From Candidatus Latescibacterota bacterium (GTDB lineage: Bacteria > Latescibacterota > UBA2968 > GCA-2709665), in contig OZ252100.1 of assembly GCA_965248435.1 (NCBI GenBank), positions 2,336,001 to 2,400,000 on the forward strand: a stretch of DNA of 64,000 nucleotides, in the 5' to 3' direction. The notes beneath the pieces were generated by a model. It was not told the origin of the DNA and made no database searches. It worked only from the letters and a program-made list of their open reading frames with translations. Within the stretch, counting starts at the first letter, position 1; each line of letters opens with the position of its first letter. Shown piece by piece: positions 17,176 through 26,770 of this stretch. Position numbers and translations under genes: made by a program.

Positions 17176-18105
17176 TTACTGTCGCTTCGCGCCCATTCCC
17201 TCCAGCGTCGCCTTGGACATCTTGCAGACCATAGTATAGGCCGGATCGAACACGTTCCCTATATCGTACTCCACGGCCTGCCCCATCAGCGCGTGAACGG
17301 TGAGGGTATCCAGGCCGAAATCCTCCTGCAGCCAGCGCACCATCTCCGTCGTCGCGTGTTGTACGCACTGGTCGAGGGGTCGCGCGTTCCCAACCGTCAT
17401 GACGTGTGTATCATTCTCCGCTCGCGGCCAGGCGATCGTCTTACCCTTGAGGAGCCTCACGGAAAACGTCACGTCGAACGACGTCTCGATCCCGGTCCCC
17501 ACGATCTCTCCATCCCCCTGCAGCGCGTGACCATCCCCCAGGTGGAAGAGGGCACCCGCGACGGCTACCGGTAGATAGATGGTGACCCCCTCCACGAACC
17601 CACGATAATCCATATTCCCGCCGTGCGTCGATGAGGTCGCTGTCGAGATCGCCTGTCCGCCAGGCGGGGCCACGCCAAAGCAGCCGAGCATCGGGCGAAG
17701 CGGAAGCCTCAGGTCACTGAGCGGAGGGGAGACATTCATCGGGCTGGCGACCCCCTGCTCCAGATCGATCTCCCACTCGATCTTTACGACCTTCTCCTCG
17801 AAGCGCGGGACATATCCAAAGTCGAGCACATTGGGTGCGATCGGACCACCCGTGAATCCCACCTTTCGGTTTGGCGTCAAACGGTCGAACGTCACTGCGA
17901 GGGCGTCACCCGTCTCCGCACCCTCGACGAAAAACGGACCGGTTTGCGGATTTCCCCGCGCGGTGACGGCCTCACCGCTCGAATCACCTCCTCGTGCGTC
18001 CACCGTCGTCGTCGAGACGGCATCACCGTCCGAAATCTCCAGCACCGGCTCGTGGGAACCAATCGCTGTATGATAGACCTCAGGTGCAAATTCATGATGC
18101 GCCAT
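17176..18105 (-). CDS. Acetamidase/formamidase family protein
   Basis: NPQTGPFFVEGAE.GD, HGGNMD and GDGHALQGDGE..GTGIE. Confidence 0.9.
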   Translation of the reverse strand: MAHHEFAPEVYHTAIGSHEPVLEISDGDAVSTTTVDARGGDSSGEAVTARGNPQTGPFFVEGAETGDALAVTFDRLTPNRKVGFTGGPIAPNVLDFGYVPRFEEKVVKIEWEIDLEQGVASPMNVSPPLSDLRLPLRPMLGCFGVAPPGGQAISTATSSTHGGNMDYRGFVEGVTIYLPVAVAGALFHLGDGHALQGDGEIVGTGIETSFDVTFSVRLLKGKTIAWPRAENDTHVMTVGNARPLDQCVQHATTEMVRWLQEDFGLDTLTVHALMGQAVEYDIGNVFDPAYTMVCKMSKATLEGMGAKRQ

Positions 18106-18141
18106 TGAATCCCCGATTGTTTAGCCGCAATTTACCTTCAT

Positions 18142-19098
18142 CTATTCCTGGCAGGCAATCATCCCGATCGCTTCAGGCGCCTCCCAGAACGTCTCCCAGC
18201 TTCCTCCCGCATCATCACTCCGAAAAAGCAGTTGACCCACCGCCGCCCACGCCTTCCCATCCTTCGAAAACACCACCTGAAAGGTGTCGATGTTGCCGTT
18301 CGTGGAAGACGGAAACCCCTCGGTCACGTGGGTCCAGCTTCTCCCCGCATCCTCCGATCGAAACATCCGCCCTTCCGCACCCCTTCCAGGCCCACGGCTC
18401 ACCGTGGCCAGCAGGCAATCCGGCTCGTCGGGATGCACCGCGATCGCGCGACCGTAGTGGAACGGCAGACCCTCGGCCCGATGATCCCACGAATCACCCC
18501 GGTCTTCGCTCACGTAAATCGCGTCGGCCGTATTCGCATAGACCCGATCCAACAGTCGAGGCGATGTCGCCACCTGGTGGACATCTTCGTGAAGATCGGG
18601 TGTGACCGGCTCCCAGGATACCCCGAGGTCGGACGATCTCATGATGCTGCCAACGTGAACATCCGCATAGACCCAGCCATCCCGTGTGGCGGCGAAACTC
18701 CGGAGTTCGGGGGGGCTTCCGTAGGGCGTGTACCATTCATCCCGGCATTCCAACAGGTCGAAGGCCGCATTTCGCTCCATCAGGCCGGCACGATACCTGT
18801 AAATGTGGGGGCCTTCGGTTCCGATCAGCAGATGAAGCGGATCGTCCTCCAGAATGATCACAGATTCGATCGACTCGTCGATCTCGGTTTCGATTCGCTG
18901 TTCCCGGTCATCTGAAAGGAGAACGATCTCTCCAGAGGTCAGCGCGATCACGCAGGCCCCTTTCTCTTCCGCCACACGCCCGACGTCGCCCTCGAAACGG
19001 ACTTGAGGTGCGCCCGGACCCCCACGCTCATCCAAAAAGAAAACAGCCGATGGTGTAGAAACCAGCACTGGCGATCCTCCTTCAATAGTCTCCCGCAA
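18142..19098 (-). CDS. BNR/Asp-box repeat beta-propeller protein
   Basis: Repeated S.D.G.SW boxes (RSSDLGVSW, VSEDRGDSW, RSEDAGRSW, RSDDAGGSW). Confidence 0.8.
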   Translation of the reverse strand: MRETIEGGSPVLVSTPSAVFFLDERGGPGAPQVRFEGDVGRVAEEKGACVIALTSGEIVLLSDDREQRIETEIDESIESVIILEDDPLHLLIGTEGPHIYRYRAGLMERNAAFDLLECRDEWYTPYGSPPELRSFAATRDGWVYADVHVGSIMRSSDLGVSWEPVTPDLHEDVHQVATSPRLLDRVYANTADAIYVSEDRGDSWDHRAEGLPFHYGRAIAVHPDEPDCLLATVSRGPGRGAEGRMFRSEDAGRSWTHVTEGFPSSTNGNIDTFQVVFSKDGKAWAAVGQLLFRSDDAGGSWETFWEAPEAIGMIACQE

Positions 19099-19171
19099 CG
19101 CTTCATCAATTTAGTCCTGGTCGCGGCTTTGACAAAAGCCAAAATGTCAGGGCCTGGGGTGCACCGGTTTC

Positions 19172-19201
19172 TTGACACCCCAGGATAGGTGACTATATAC
19201 T
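19172..19201 (+). promoter_or_regulatory. sigma70-type promoter for the beta-CASP gene
   Basis: TTGACA-N18-TATACT. The -35 sits inside the inverted repeat CCTGGGGTG...CACCCCAGG (19153-19184). Confidence 0.55.
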
Positions 19202-19255
19202 ATCCCGGTTGTTTAGAATCCATTTACCCGATATCTGAAACACATTCAGCCCATT

Positions 19256-21790
19256 ATGAGACTTCACTTCCTCGGGGGCGCCGACGAAATCGGTGCTTCG
19301 TGCACACTCGTCGAGATGGATGGCCATCGGGTCCTCGTAGATGCAGGGATCCGGATGGGCGCATCCCCCGGCGCGCACCTCCCCAACTTCTCCGCCCTGG
19401 ATGAGTTCGGGCCGCCGGATGAAGTCCTCGTCACCCACGCCCATACAGATCACACGGGCGCGCTTCCCGTCCTCGTCGCGGGACTCCCTCCTGACGTTCC
19501 CATCCGAATGACCGCACCGACTGCCGTGATCACCCGGGTCCTGCTGGGTGACGCCTTGAAGATCATGGAAAAGCGAGGCGAGCGCGACGGCGAACTCCCC
19601 CTCTATCCCCCTGAGGCAGTCGACGTCTGCCTGAGCAGAATCACGAGTGTACCCACGCTCGCGACGCTTCCGATCTGCGAAGGAAAGCTGAGTGCCACGT
19701 GGATCCCTGCGGGACACATCCTCGGCGCGGCCTCGATCTACATCGAAGGTCAAACGGAGGGGCTCTTGATGACCGGGGACGTCTCGGTGTCCGAGCAACA
19801 GACCATTCCGGGCATGATCGTACCTCAGTGCAGGCCGGACGTCGTCGTGATGGAGTCCACCTACGGAGACCGACAGCACGCAGACCGCAGCCAGCAGGAG
19901 ACATCTCTCGCCTTGCGCGTGGCCGAAGCGGTGGAATCCGGGGGTAAAGTCCTGATCCCGGCGTTCGCCGTGGGCCGCGCCCAGGAAGTGATTCTCATCC
20001 TATCGGGCGCGATGCGCGACGGCTTGGTCCAACCCTTTCCCCTTTACGTAGATGGGATGGTCCGCTCGGTGAACGCCGTTTACGCCGGATTTTCGGACGA
20101 ACTGGCCCCGAGACTGCGCCGGCGAATTCAAAAAGGAGACGATTCCTTCACTTCAGGGTTCGTCACCACGGTGGCTGACCACACGGATCGGGATCGCATC
20201 CTCAAGGGACCCCCCTGCTGCATCGTGGCGAGCTCCGGGATGCTCATCGGGGGCGCGTCCAGCTTCTATGCGGAGCGCCTCTCGGATCAACCCGAGAACC
20301 TGATCGCGATAACCGGCTACCAGGACGAGGAGTCTCCTGGCCGCGCGCTTTTGGCGCTCGCGAAGACGAAGGACAAGAATCGGACCCTCACCCTGAACGG
20401 CCGAAGAATTTCTGTCGAATGCAGCGTCGAAACCTATTCCCTCTCCGCACACGCCGACGGCGGACAGCTCGCCGCTCTGGCCAGACGCCTTTCTCCAAGG
20501 TCGGTCCATCTCGTCCACGGCAGCCCCGAAGCGCGAGCTGCCCTTGCCTCGATGATGGACCTCCACCTCCCCGAAGGCGTCCACCTTCCCGGAAACGGAA
20601 CCACAAGCGAAAGTGCGGGACAGACTGCGATAGGCACGCTACGCTACGGCCATCTCGTCTCCGTGAGAGGTCTCCTGGACGGAGGTGCAGCCGACAACAC
20701 GACGCTCGACAGTGCGCGCGGTTACCTGATGGAGGCGGGCGCAAAGGGCCCCTTTCGCGTCCAGGACCTTGCCGAAGTCTGTTACGGAACGGACCAGCTT
20801 CACCAAGTCGACCTCGAAGCCTTCAGAGAACTTCTGGAAAGTTCTCAGAGATCGTTCTCGCCGGACCGCCGGCGTCCCTACCCCTTCCACATTGCGCCCG
20901 ATCCAGGCGAAGGGCGGACCTCGGGTCCGATGGAGATGAATCAGGCCAGGGACAAAATCCAGGACGCCTTCCCCCCTGAGGCGGGTCTGTTCAAATGCAG
21001 CGCCTTCGTCGAGGACCATACCTACGAACTCGCCTTTCACTTTCCGGACGTCGTTTCTTCTCGCTACGGAGACCGCATCCAGGAACTCGAATCAGAAACC
21101 GGATGGAAGATCACGCTGCGCAAGACGCCTCACCAGGAAAGAGTCTTCCAGGAGGCCCGATCGGCGGTACCGGAAGGAGTCTCACCCACAAAGCCACCCG
21201 CGCTGCGCCTCGATGAGCGAAGCGTATCCGTCGAAGTGGTCGTACCCCGGGAACTCGAAGCGGACTGGGAGGGTCTCGCAGAGGATGCGAGTCGCTCCTT
21301 TGAGCAGACGACGGGCTATCGGCTGATGCTCCGCCGTCCAGGGGAGCCTGCATCAGGAACCGAAGTGGGCGCGCCTGAAGGAGCCCTCGAAATCAATCAC
21401 GCCTACGCCGAAATCCGAAGCGCCTTCCGTCATGAAAGCCACGCCCCTAACAGGATCGGCCTCAAGTCCGGGAGTGACGAATCTTACCTCGAAGTCTCGT
21501 TTATCTCACCCGCCGTTGGCGCCCGCTACCGCGAACGGCTTGACGCACTCTCATCGAGCATCGGCTGGCCGATCGCCGTCCGCGAATCGGCCCACCAGGA
21601 ACAGATCGCCGGCGAGGCCTTGAAGATCACGCCGGACGCGTGTCAGGCGCAGGGCGCACCCAGGCTCTTCGTGAGCGAGCAGAAGGTGGTCGTTCACGTG
21701 CTCCAGACCCCCGAGCCGGACGAACAGTCGGCCCTTCAACAGGCCTTCCTGGAGGCTACGGGCTTCCAAATCTCGTGGGAGACCCGATAA
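19256..21790 (+). CDS. MBL-fold beta-CASP ribonuclease (CPSF-73/Ysh1-like) with a long repeated C-terminal extension
   Basis: LGGADEIGASC, THAHTDHTG, AGHILGA, MESTYG, PAFAVGRAQE, ASSGMLIGG, GYQDEESPGR, SAHAD and LVHG. Confidence 0.9.
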   Translation: MRLHFLGGADEIGASCTLVEMDGHRVLVDAGIRMGASPGAHLPNFSALDEFGPPDEVLVTHAHTDHTGALPVLVAGLPPDVPIRMTAPTAVITRVLLGDALKIMEKRGERDGELPLYPPEAVDVCLSRITSVPTLATLPICEGKLSATWIPAGHILGAASIYIEGQTEGLLMTGDVSVSEQQTIPGMIVPQCRPDVVVMESTYGDRQHADRSQQETSLALRVAEAVESGGKVLIPAFAVGRAQEVILILSGAMRDGLVQPFPLYVDGMVRSVNAVYAGFSDELAPRLRRRIQKGDDSFTSGFVTTVADHTDRDRILKGPPCCIVASSGMLIGGASSFYAERLSDQPENLIAITGYQDEESPGRALLALAKTKDKNRTLTLNGRRISVECSVETYSLSAHADGGQLAALARRLSPRSVHLVHGSPEARAALASMMDLHLPEGVHLPGNGTTSESAGQTAIGTLRYGHLVSVRGLLDGGAADNTTLDSARGYLMEAGAKGPFRVQDLAEVCYGTDQLHQVDLEAFRELLESSQRSFSPDRRRPYPFHIAPDPGEGRTSGPMEMNQARDKIQDAFPPEAGLFKCSAFVEDHTYELAFHFPDVVSSRYGDRIQELESETGWKITLRKTPHQERVFQEARSAVPEGVSPTKPPALRLDERSVSVEVVVPRELEADWEGLAEDASRSFEQTTGYRLMLRRPGEPASGTEVGAPEGALEINHAYAEIRSAFRHESHAPNRIGLKSGSDESYLEVSFISPAVGARYRERLDALSSSIGWPIAVRESAHQEQIAGEALKITPDACQAQGAPRLFVSEQKVVVHVLQTPEPDEQSALQQAFLEATGFQISWETR

Positions 21791-21870
21791 TTCCAGTTTG
21801 GTAGTTCTGAGTCATTCACCTTTCGCAGAACGAGTTACGTACTCTTACCGAATTCATACGCCCCAGAAAC

Positions 21871-21910
21871 GAATTTTTATTCTTGCCTTTTGAATAAAAA
21901 TTCTTATATT
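21871..21910 (+). promoter_or_regulatory. Paired ARG-box-like sites overlapping the arg operon promoter
   Basis: GAATTTTTATTC (21871-21882) and its exact reverse complement GAATAAAAATTC (21892-21903) flank TTGCCT (-35) and abut TATATT (-10), directly upstream of argR. Confidence 0.75.
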
Positions 21911-21952
21911 CATACAGGTCCACGTTCCCTGTTCGCCCTTCCCCTACTCGTT

Positions 21953-22417
21953 ATGAACGGAAAGAAGAAACGACATCAACAGATCCTTGACCTGATCGCC
22001 TCAAGGCCGATCGGGAGCCAGGAGTCGCTGGAAAAGGCGTTGAGCGAAGTCGGGATCGCCACGACCCAGTCCACGCTGTCCAAGGACATGAGGGAGTTGG
22101 GTGTCGTCAAAGTTCCCGAAGGCGCGGGCTTCAGATATCAAGGGCCGGCTGCGGGAACGGCCCCTCCATTCCGTGAGGACATGCTCCAGAGGGAGCTCAC
22201 CGACTTTGTGGTCGAGCTGGGCCGGGCGCAAAACATCCTCGCCGTTAAGACCACTACGGGACACGCCCAGGGTGTCTGCGAAGCGATCGATCGGGCGGCG
22301 TGGCACGAAGTGGTTGGCACCCTGGCCGGGGAGAATACAATATTCATTCTCTGCCGGTCCGAAGCAGAATGCAAGGCGCTGCAGAGAAGGATCCTCGAAA
22401 CCACGGGAGAAGCGTGA
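21953..22417 (+). CDS. argR: Arginine repressor
   Basis: TQSTLSKDMRELG and VGTLAGENTIF. Start placed at the ATG at 21953. Confidence 0.94.
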   Translation: MNGKKKRHQQILDLIASRPIGSQESLEKALSEVGIATTQSTLSKDMRELGVVKVPEGAGFRYQGPAAGTAPPFREDMLQRELTDFVVELGRAQNILAVKTTTGHAQGVCEAIDRAAWHEVVGTLAGENTIFILCRSEAECKALQRRILETTGEA

Positions 22418-23376
22418 AACCTCTGATGAACGTCGCCCTGATCGGCGATACCGGCATCGTCGGTCAGGAAATCCAGAACGTCCTAAGTCATCATGACGGG
22501 GTGGAAGTCGCCTTTCGGCAGAATTCGAAGCGTAGCGAAGGTCGGCTGGACGACTGCGAATTCGTCTTCCTCGCGACTCGAGACGCGGAATCCATGGCCC
22601 TGGCTCCCGAGATGGTCGCCGCGGGAAAGCGGGTCGTCGATACGAGCGGAGCCTTTCGACTCCCCAAAATGAAATTCGAACAGTGGTATCAGTTGGAGCA
22701 CCAGGCCCCGGAACTCCTCAATGAGGCCGTCTACGGAATGCCGGCACTCTTCGGCGATCGCATCTCAGAGGCCAGACTCGTTGGAAATCCCGGATGTTAT
22801 CCGACAAGCGTGATCCTGCCCCTGCATCCGCTGAAGACCCTCGTCAAGGGAGAAGCAACGGTCGTGGCCACCTCCGGCATCTCCGGGGCGCGGAGGGAGG
22901 TAGAGGATGAGCCGAACGAATTGACCTATAACTATGGACGGAGACACAAGCACGTCCCCGAGATGGTTTGCTACTCCGGCTTCGAGGTGAACTTTACCCC
23001 GATCGTCCTCCATTCCGTGTTTCGTGGAATCAACGCCAACATTCGGATCGAGCTGGAAGACCGGATCAAGTCCCTTTCAGATGAGGAAGCGGCGCGGGGG
23101 CTCGAGGAGGCGATATCCAACACTTATGTCCCTGAAGACCTCGTGGAAGTCGTTCAGGATTCTGATGAAAGACAGTGGGGAACGAAGGAGGTCGTAGACA
23201 CACACCGACTCCTTGTCAAGGTCCGGGTGGATGACGGATTCGCTTACATCTGTTCGATGGAAGACAACCTGGGCAAAGGCGCGGCCAGCCAGGCCGTAGA
23301 GAACATGAACCTGATGCTGGGTCTCCCGCGGCTCTCTGGAATCGAAGCCGCATACGGAGAAACGCTTCAACACTGA
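22414..23376 (+). CDS. argC: N-acetyl-gamma-glutamyl-phosphate reductase
   Basis: VVDTSGAFRL, AVYGMP, GNPGCYPT, H.HVPE and DNLGKGAASQAVENMN. The GTG start overlaps the argR stop. Confidence 0.94.
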   Translation: MKPLMNVALIGDTGIVGQEIQNVLSHHDGVEVAFRQNSKRSEGRLDDCEFVFLATRDAESMALAPEMVAAGKRVVDTSGAFRLPKMKFEQWYQLEHQAPELLNEAVYGMPALFGDRISEARLVGNPGCYPTSVILPLHPLKTLVKGEATVVATSGISGARREVEDEPNELTYNYGRRHKHVPEMVCYSGFEVNFTPIVLHSVFRGINANIRIELEDRIKSLSDEEAARGLEEAISNTYVPEDLVEVVQDSDERQWGTKEVVDTHRLLVKVRVDDGFAYICSMEDNLGKGAASQAVENMNLMLGLPRLSGIEAAYGETLQH

Positions 23377-23393
23377 ACTTCCGGCTGAAAACA

Positions 23394-24278
23394 ATGGACA
23401 AATCGATCGAAAAGGCCGCCACCCTCGTAGAGGCCTTTCCCTACATCAGGGCCTTCCGCGGGAAAATCGTCGTCGTCAAGTACGGGGGCAGCGCGCAGCC
23501 TGCAGAGGGTGGCTCGTCCACGATCCTGGAGGATCTTGTCTTCATGGAGACGGTCGGCATGCGGCCCGTGGTGGTACACGGCGGCGGAAAAGAGATCAGC
23601 CGTCGCCTTTCGGAAGCCGGCATCGCTTCCACCTGGGTGAATGGTCTGCGCGTCACGGATGCCGACACGATGAGGGTCGTGGAAGAAACCCTGTTTGGCG
23701 TCGTGAATCGCCGGATCGTAGAAGGAATCGAGGCCCTCGGCGGAAGCGCGCAGGGGTTGTCTTCAAAAGAGGCAGAAATCATTCACGTCGGCAAGCATCT
23801 CGCGAAGACAGAGGTAAACGGCAAGACAGAGACCGTGGATATCGGGTTTGTGGGAGATGTCCGGCGCGTAGACGCCGAGCCCATTCGGACCGTTTGTGAG
23901 AAAGAGACCATACCGGTCGTGGCCCCCATCGGACTCGGTCCGGATAAACAACATTATAATGTAAATGCAGACACGGCGGCGGGAGAGGTCGCCCGGGCAC
24001 TCGGCGCGGAGAAGCTCGTCTTTCTGAGCGACGTAAACGGGATTTTCCGAGACGGCTCGGACCCGAACTCCAGGATCTCTACACTTCACCTGAATGAAAT
24101 CGACGCCCTCGTGGATGATGGAACGGTCAGCGGGGGCATGATTCCAAAGATTCGCGCGTGCGTAAGGTCAGTAGAAGGCGGCGTCCACAAGACGCATATC
24201 ATCGACGGGCGGCTGCCCCACGCCCTCCTGATGGAGATCTTCACACGCGAAGGGGTCGGCACAGAAATCGTCACGTGA
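23394..24278 (+). CDS. argB: Acetylglutamate kinase
   Basis: VVKYGG, VVHGGG, GLRVTD, NVNADTAA and GGMIPK. Confidence 0.96.
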   Translation: MDKSIEKAATLVEAFPYIRAFRGKIVVVKYGGSAQPAEGGSSTILEDLVFMETVGMRPVVVHGGGKEISRRLSEAGIASTWVNGLRVTDADTMRVVEETLFGVVNRRIVEGIEALGGSAQGLSSKEAEIIHVGKHLAKTEVNGKTETVDIGFVGDVRRVDAEPIRTVCEKETIPVVAPIGLGPDKQHYNVNADTAAGEVARALGAEKLVFLSDVNGIFRDGSDPNSRISTLHLNEIDALVDDGTVSGGMIPKIRACVRSVEGGVHKTHIIDGRLPHALLMEIFTREGVGTEIVT

Positions 24279-24286
24279 GGGTGGAC

Positions 24287-25486
24287 ATGGATACCAAACA
24301 GATCATCGAACTCGAGAAGAAATACATCCTGCAGACCTACGGGCGTCCCGATTTCGTCCTGGAGCGGGGCGATGGCTTTCATCTCTTCGACACTGAGGGG
24401 AAGCGCTATCTGGATTTTGTGAGTGGCCTGTCCGTGAACGCTCTTGGCTACAATGACGCGGCGATCCTGGAGACGATGCAGAAGCAGGCCCACCAACTCA
24501 TCCACGTCTCCAACCTCTACCATACGATTCCTGCCCCCAGGCTTGCTCAAATGCTTTGCGAAAGTTCCTTCGCGGATCGCGCGTTCTTCTGCAACAGCGG
24601 CACTGAGTCCTGGGAGGCGGCGTTGAAGTTCGCCCGCAAGTGGGGGTTCAAGACCTTTCCGGATGCGCCCAAAAACAAATTCATCGCAATGAACAACTCC
24701 TTTCACGGGCGCACGCTTGGGTCGATCTCGACCACCGGTCAACCCAAGTTCCACAAAGGGTTCGAGCCCCTCCTGCCGGGCATCGCCTTCGCTGATCTGA
24801 ACGACCTGGAGTCCGTCGAAAAGCTGATGGATGGGCAGACCGCGGCCGTGCTCGTAGAGCCGCTCCAGGCCGAAGGCGGCATTCATTCATCAGAGCCGGA
24901 CTTCCTCCGAGGACTCAGAACACTCTGCGATGAGATGAAGGCCCTGCTGATCTTCGATGAGATCCAGTGCGGGCTCGGCCGAACCGGTTCACTCTTCTGT
25001 TATGAGCAGTATGGTGTCGAGCCCGACATCATGACCCTCGCAAAGCCTCTGGCGGGCGGACTCCCCATCGGCGTGACGCTCTTGAGACAGTCCGTCGCGG
25101 ATGCCATCGATGCCGGGGATCACGCAGCGACGTTCGGGGCGCATCCCGTCTCCTGTGCGGTCGCGATCGAGGTCTTCAGTCGGCTCTCCCAACCCGACTT
25201 TCTGGCCGAAATCAAGTCCAAGGGTGAACACCTCCGCTCCGAATTGGAGGGTTTGATGCAACGCTTTCCCGAAAAGATCACGGAGATACGGGGGAAGGGC
25301 CTGATCGCGGGCGCCGTGATGAAAGAGACCGCCGCAGGAGATCTGGTCGGGGCGTTCCGGGAGCGGGACATCCTCGTTTGTATCGCCGGTCCCGAGGTCG
25401 TCCGTTTTCTCCCACCCCTGGTCGTCGGCGTCGAACAGATAGATGAAGCGATCCAGGCCTTCGAAAACATTCTGAAAGAGATCTAG
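24287..25486 (+). CDS. argD: Acetylornithine aminotransferase
   Basis: FFCNSGTE, SFHGRT, EPLQAEGG, FDEIQCGLGRTG and LAKPLAGGLPIG, within the arg operon. Confidence 0.93.
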   Translation: MDTKQIIELEKKYILQTYGRPDFVLERGDGFHLFDTEGKRYLDFVSGLSVNALGYNDAAILETMQKQAHQLIHVSNLYHTIPAPRLAQMLCESSFADRAFFCNSGTESWEAALKFARKWGFKTFPDAPKNKFIAMNNSFHGRTLGSISTTGQPKFHKGFEPLLPGIAFADLNDLESVEKLMDGQTAAVLVEPLQAEGGIHSSEPDFLRGLRTLCDEMKALLIFDEIQCGLGRTGSLFCYEQYGVEPDIMTLAKPLAGGLPIGVTLLRQSVADAIDAGDHAATFGAHPVSCAVAIEVFSRLSQPDFLAEIKSKGEHLRSELEGLMQRFPEKITEIRGKGLIAGAVMKETAAGDLVGAFRERDILVCIAGPEVVRFLPPLVVGVEQIDEAIQAFENILKEI

Positions 25487-25501
25487 GAGAGGGTGCTCTG
25501 C

Positions 25502-26770
25502 ATGACCGTTCACGAATTGAAAGGGAAGACCATCGCGCTTGCGGCCTCAGGCGGTCTGGACAGCTGTACCATCTGTAGATGGCTGGCGGATCAGGGTGTG
25601 ACCGTGGTCGCCGTAACGGCGGACGTCGGACAACCTGACGAGGTGGACATCGGTGAGGTCGGCGAACGGATGCTGGCCTGCGGCGCTGATGAGGCGGTGG
25701 TGATTGACCTGAGGCAGGAACTGGCCCAGGAGGCCGTTACCCTGCTCGTCGCCGGCGCCCGGTACGAGGGCGGATACTGGAATACGACTGGAATTGCACG
25801 CCACGTAACGACACGCGGGATCCTGAAGGAAATGACCGCGCGTGGAATCTCCGTGCTGGCTCACGGGGCCACAGGACGTGGCAACGATCAGGTCCGATTT
25901 CAGCTCGTGGCGAACATGACCGATCCTTCGGTTCAGGTCTACGCCCCCTGGAGAGACGACAATTTCCTCGAGCATTTCGGGGGTCGCCGTGAGATGATCG
26001 CCTATTGTCAGGCACGTTCGCTTCCCGTCAAGGCCACCCAGGAAAAACCCTACTCGACAGACGCGAACATACTCGGCCTGACGCACGAAGCGGGACGCCT
26101 GGAATACCTGGATGTTGGCGCCGACTTTATCGAGCCTGGCATGGGTGTCTTCCCTCAGAACGCACCCGATGAGCCGGAACGCTTTTCTGTTGCGCTGGAG
26201 GAGGGTCGCCCCACGAGCGTCAACGGGGAGGATGTGGATCCGCTCAGCGCCCTCCTGAAGGCGAACGAAATCGGGGGTCGCCACGGCGTTGGCATCGGCA
26301 TCCACACCGTGGAAAACCGATTTGTCGGAATCAAGTCCCGAGGCGTGTATGAAAGTCCCGGCCTTTCGCTCCTTGCCTCATGCTACGAGTTTCTTCTGCA
26401 GCAGGTCCTGGACCGCAGGGCCCGGCGACTGTATGAGACGCTCTCCTCGACTCTGGCGGAACAGATCTATCAAGGCTACTACTATGACCTGGCCTCTCAG
26501 ATGATGAAGGGGGCCCTCCAGGTACTCAGCGCACATCTCACGGGCTCGGTCACCGTTCTGGTCTACAAGGGGACGGTCCTCTACCAGGCGTCTGAACGGG
26601 TCTCCTCCTCCCTCTACGCCCCGGAATTGTCATCCATGGAAGCGGTCGGAGACTACGACCACAGGGACTCAGAGGGCTTCTTGAACGTACTGGGCGTGAG
26701 TGCCAAGGCGCAACACACCTCCGGTCAGACGAAGACTGAAAACAGCGGATTCGAAAATGGCGAAACCTGA
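25502..26770 (+). CDS. argG: Argininosuccinate synthase
   Basis: ASGGLDS, HGATGRGNDQVRF, YSTDAN and VENRFVGIKSRGVYE. Confidence 0.96.
   Translation: MTVHELKGKTIALAASGGLDSCTICRWLADQGVTVVAVTADVGQPDEVDIGEVGERMLACGADEAVVIDLRQELAQEAVTLLVAGARYEGGYWNTTGIARHVTTRGILKEMTARGISVLAHGATGRGNDQVRFQLVANMTDPSVQVYAPWRDDNFLEHFGGRREMIAYCQARSLPVKATQEKPYSTDANILGLTHEAGRLEYLDVGADFIEPGMGVFPQNAPDEPERFSVALEEGRPTSVNGEDVDPLSALLKANEIGGRHGVGIGIHTVENRFVGIKSRGVYESPGLSLLASCYEFLLQQVLDRRARRLYETLSSTLAEQIYQGYYYDLASQMMKGALQVLSAHLTGSVTVLVYKGTVLYQASERVSSSLYAPELSSMEAVGDYDHRDSEGFLNVLGVSAKAQHTSGQTKTENSGFENGET

Noticed and set aside
19256-21790. beta-CASP gene as part of an anti-phage defence island
   Set aside because: It is a solitary gene among housekeeping loci with no recognisable defence partners.
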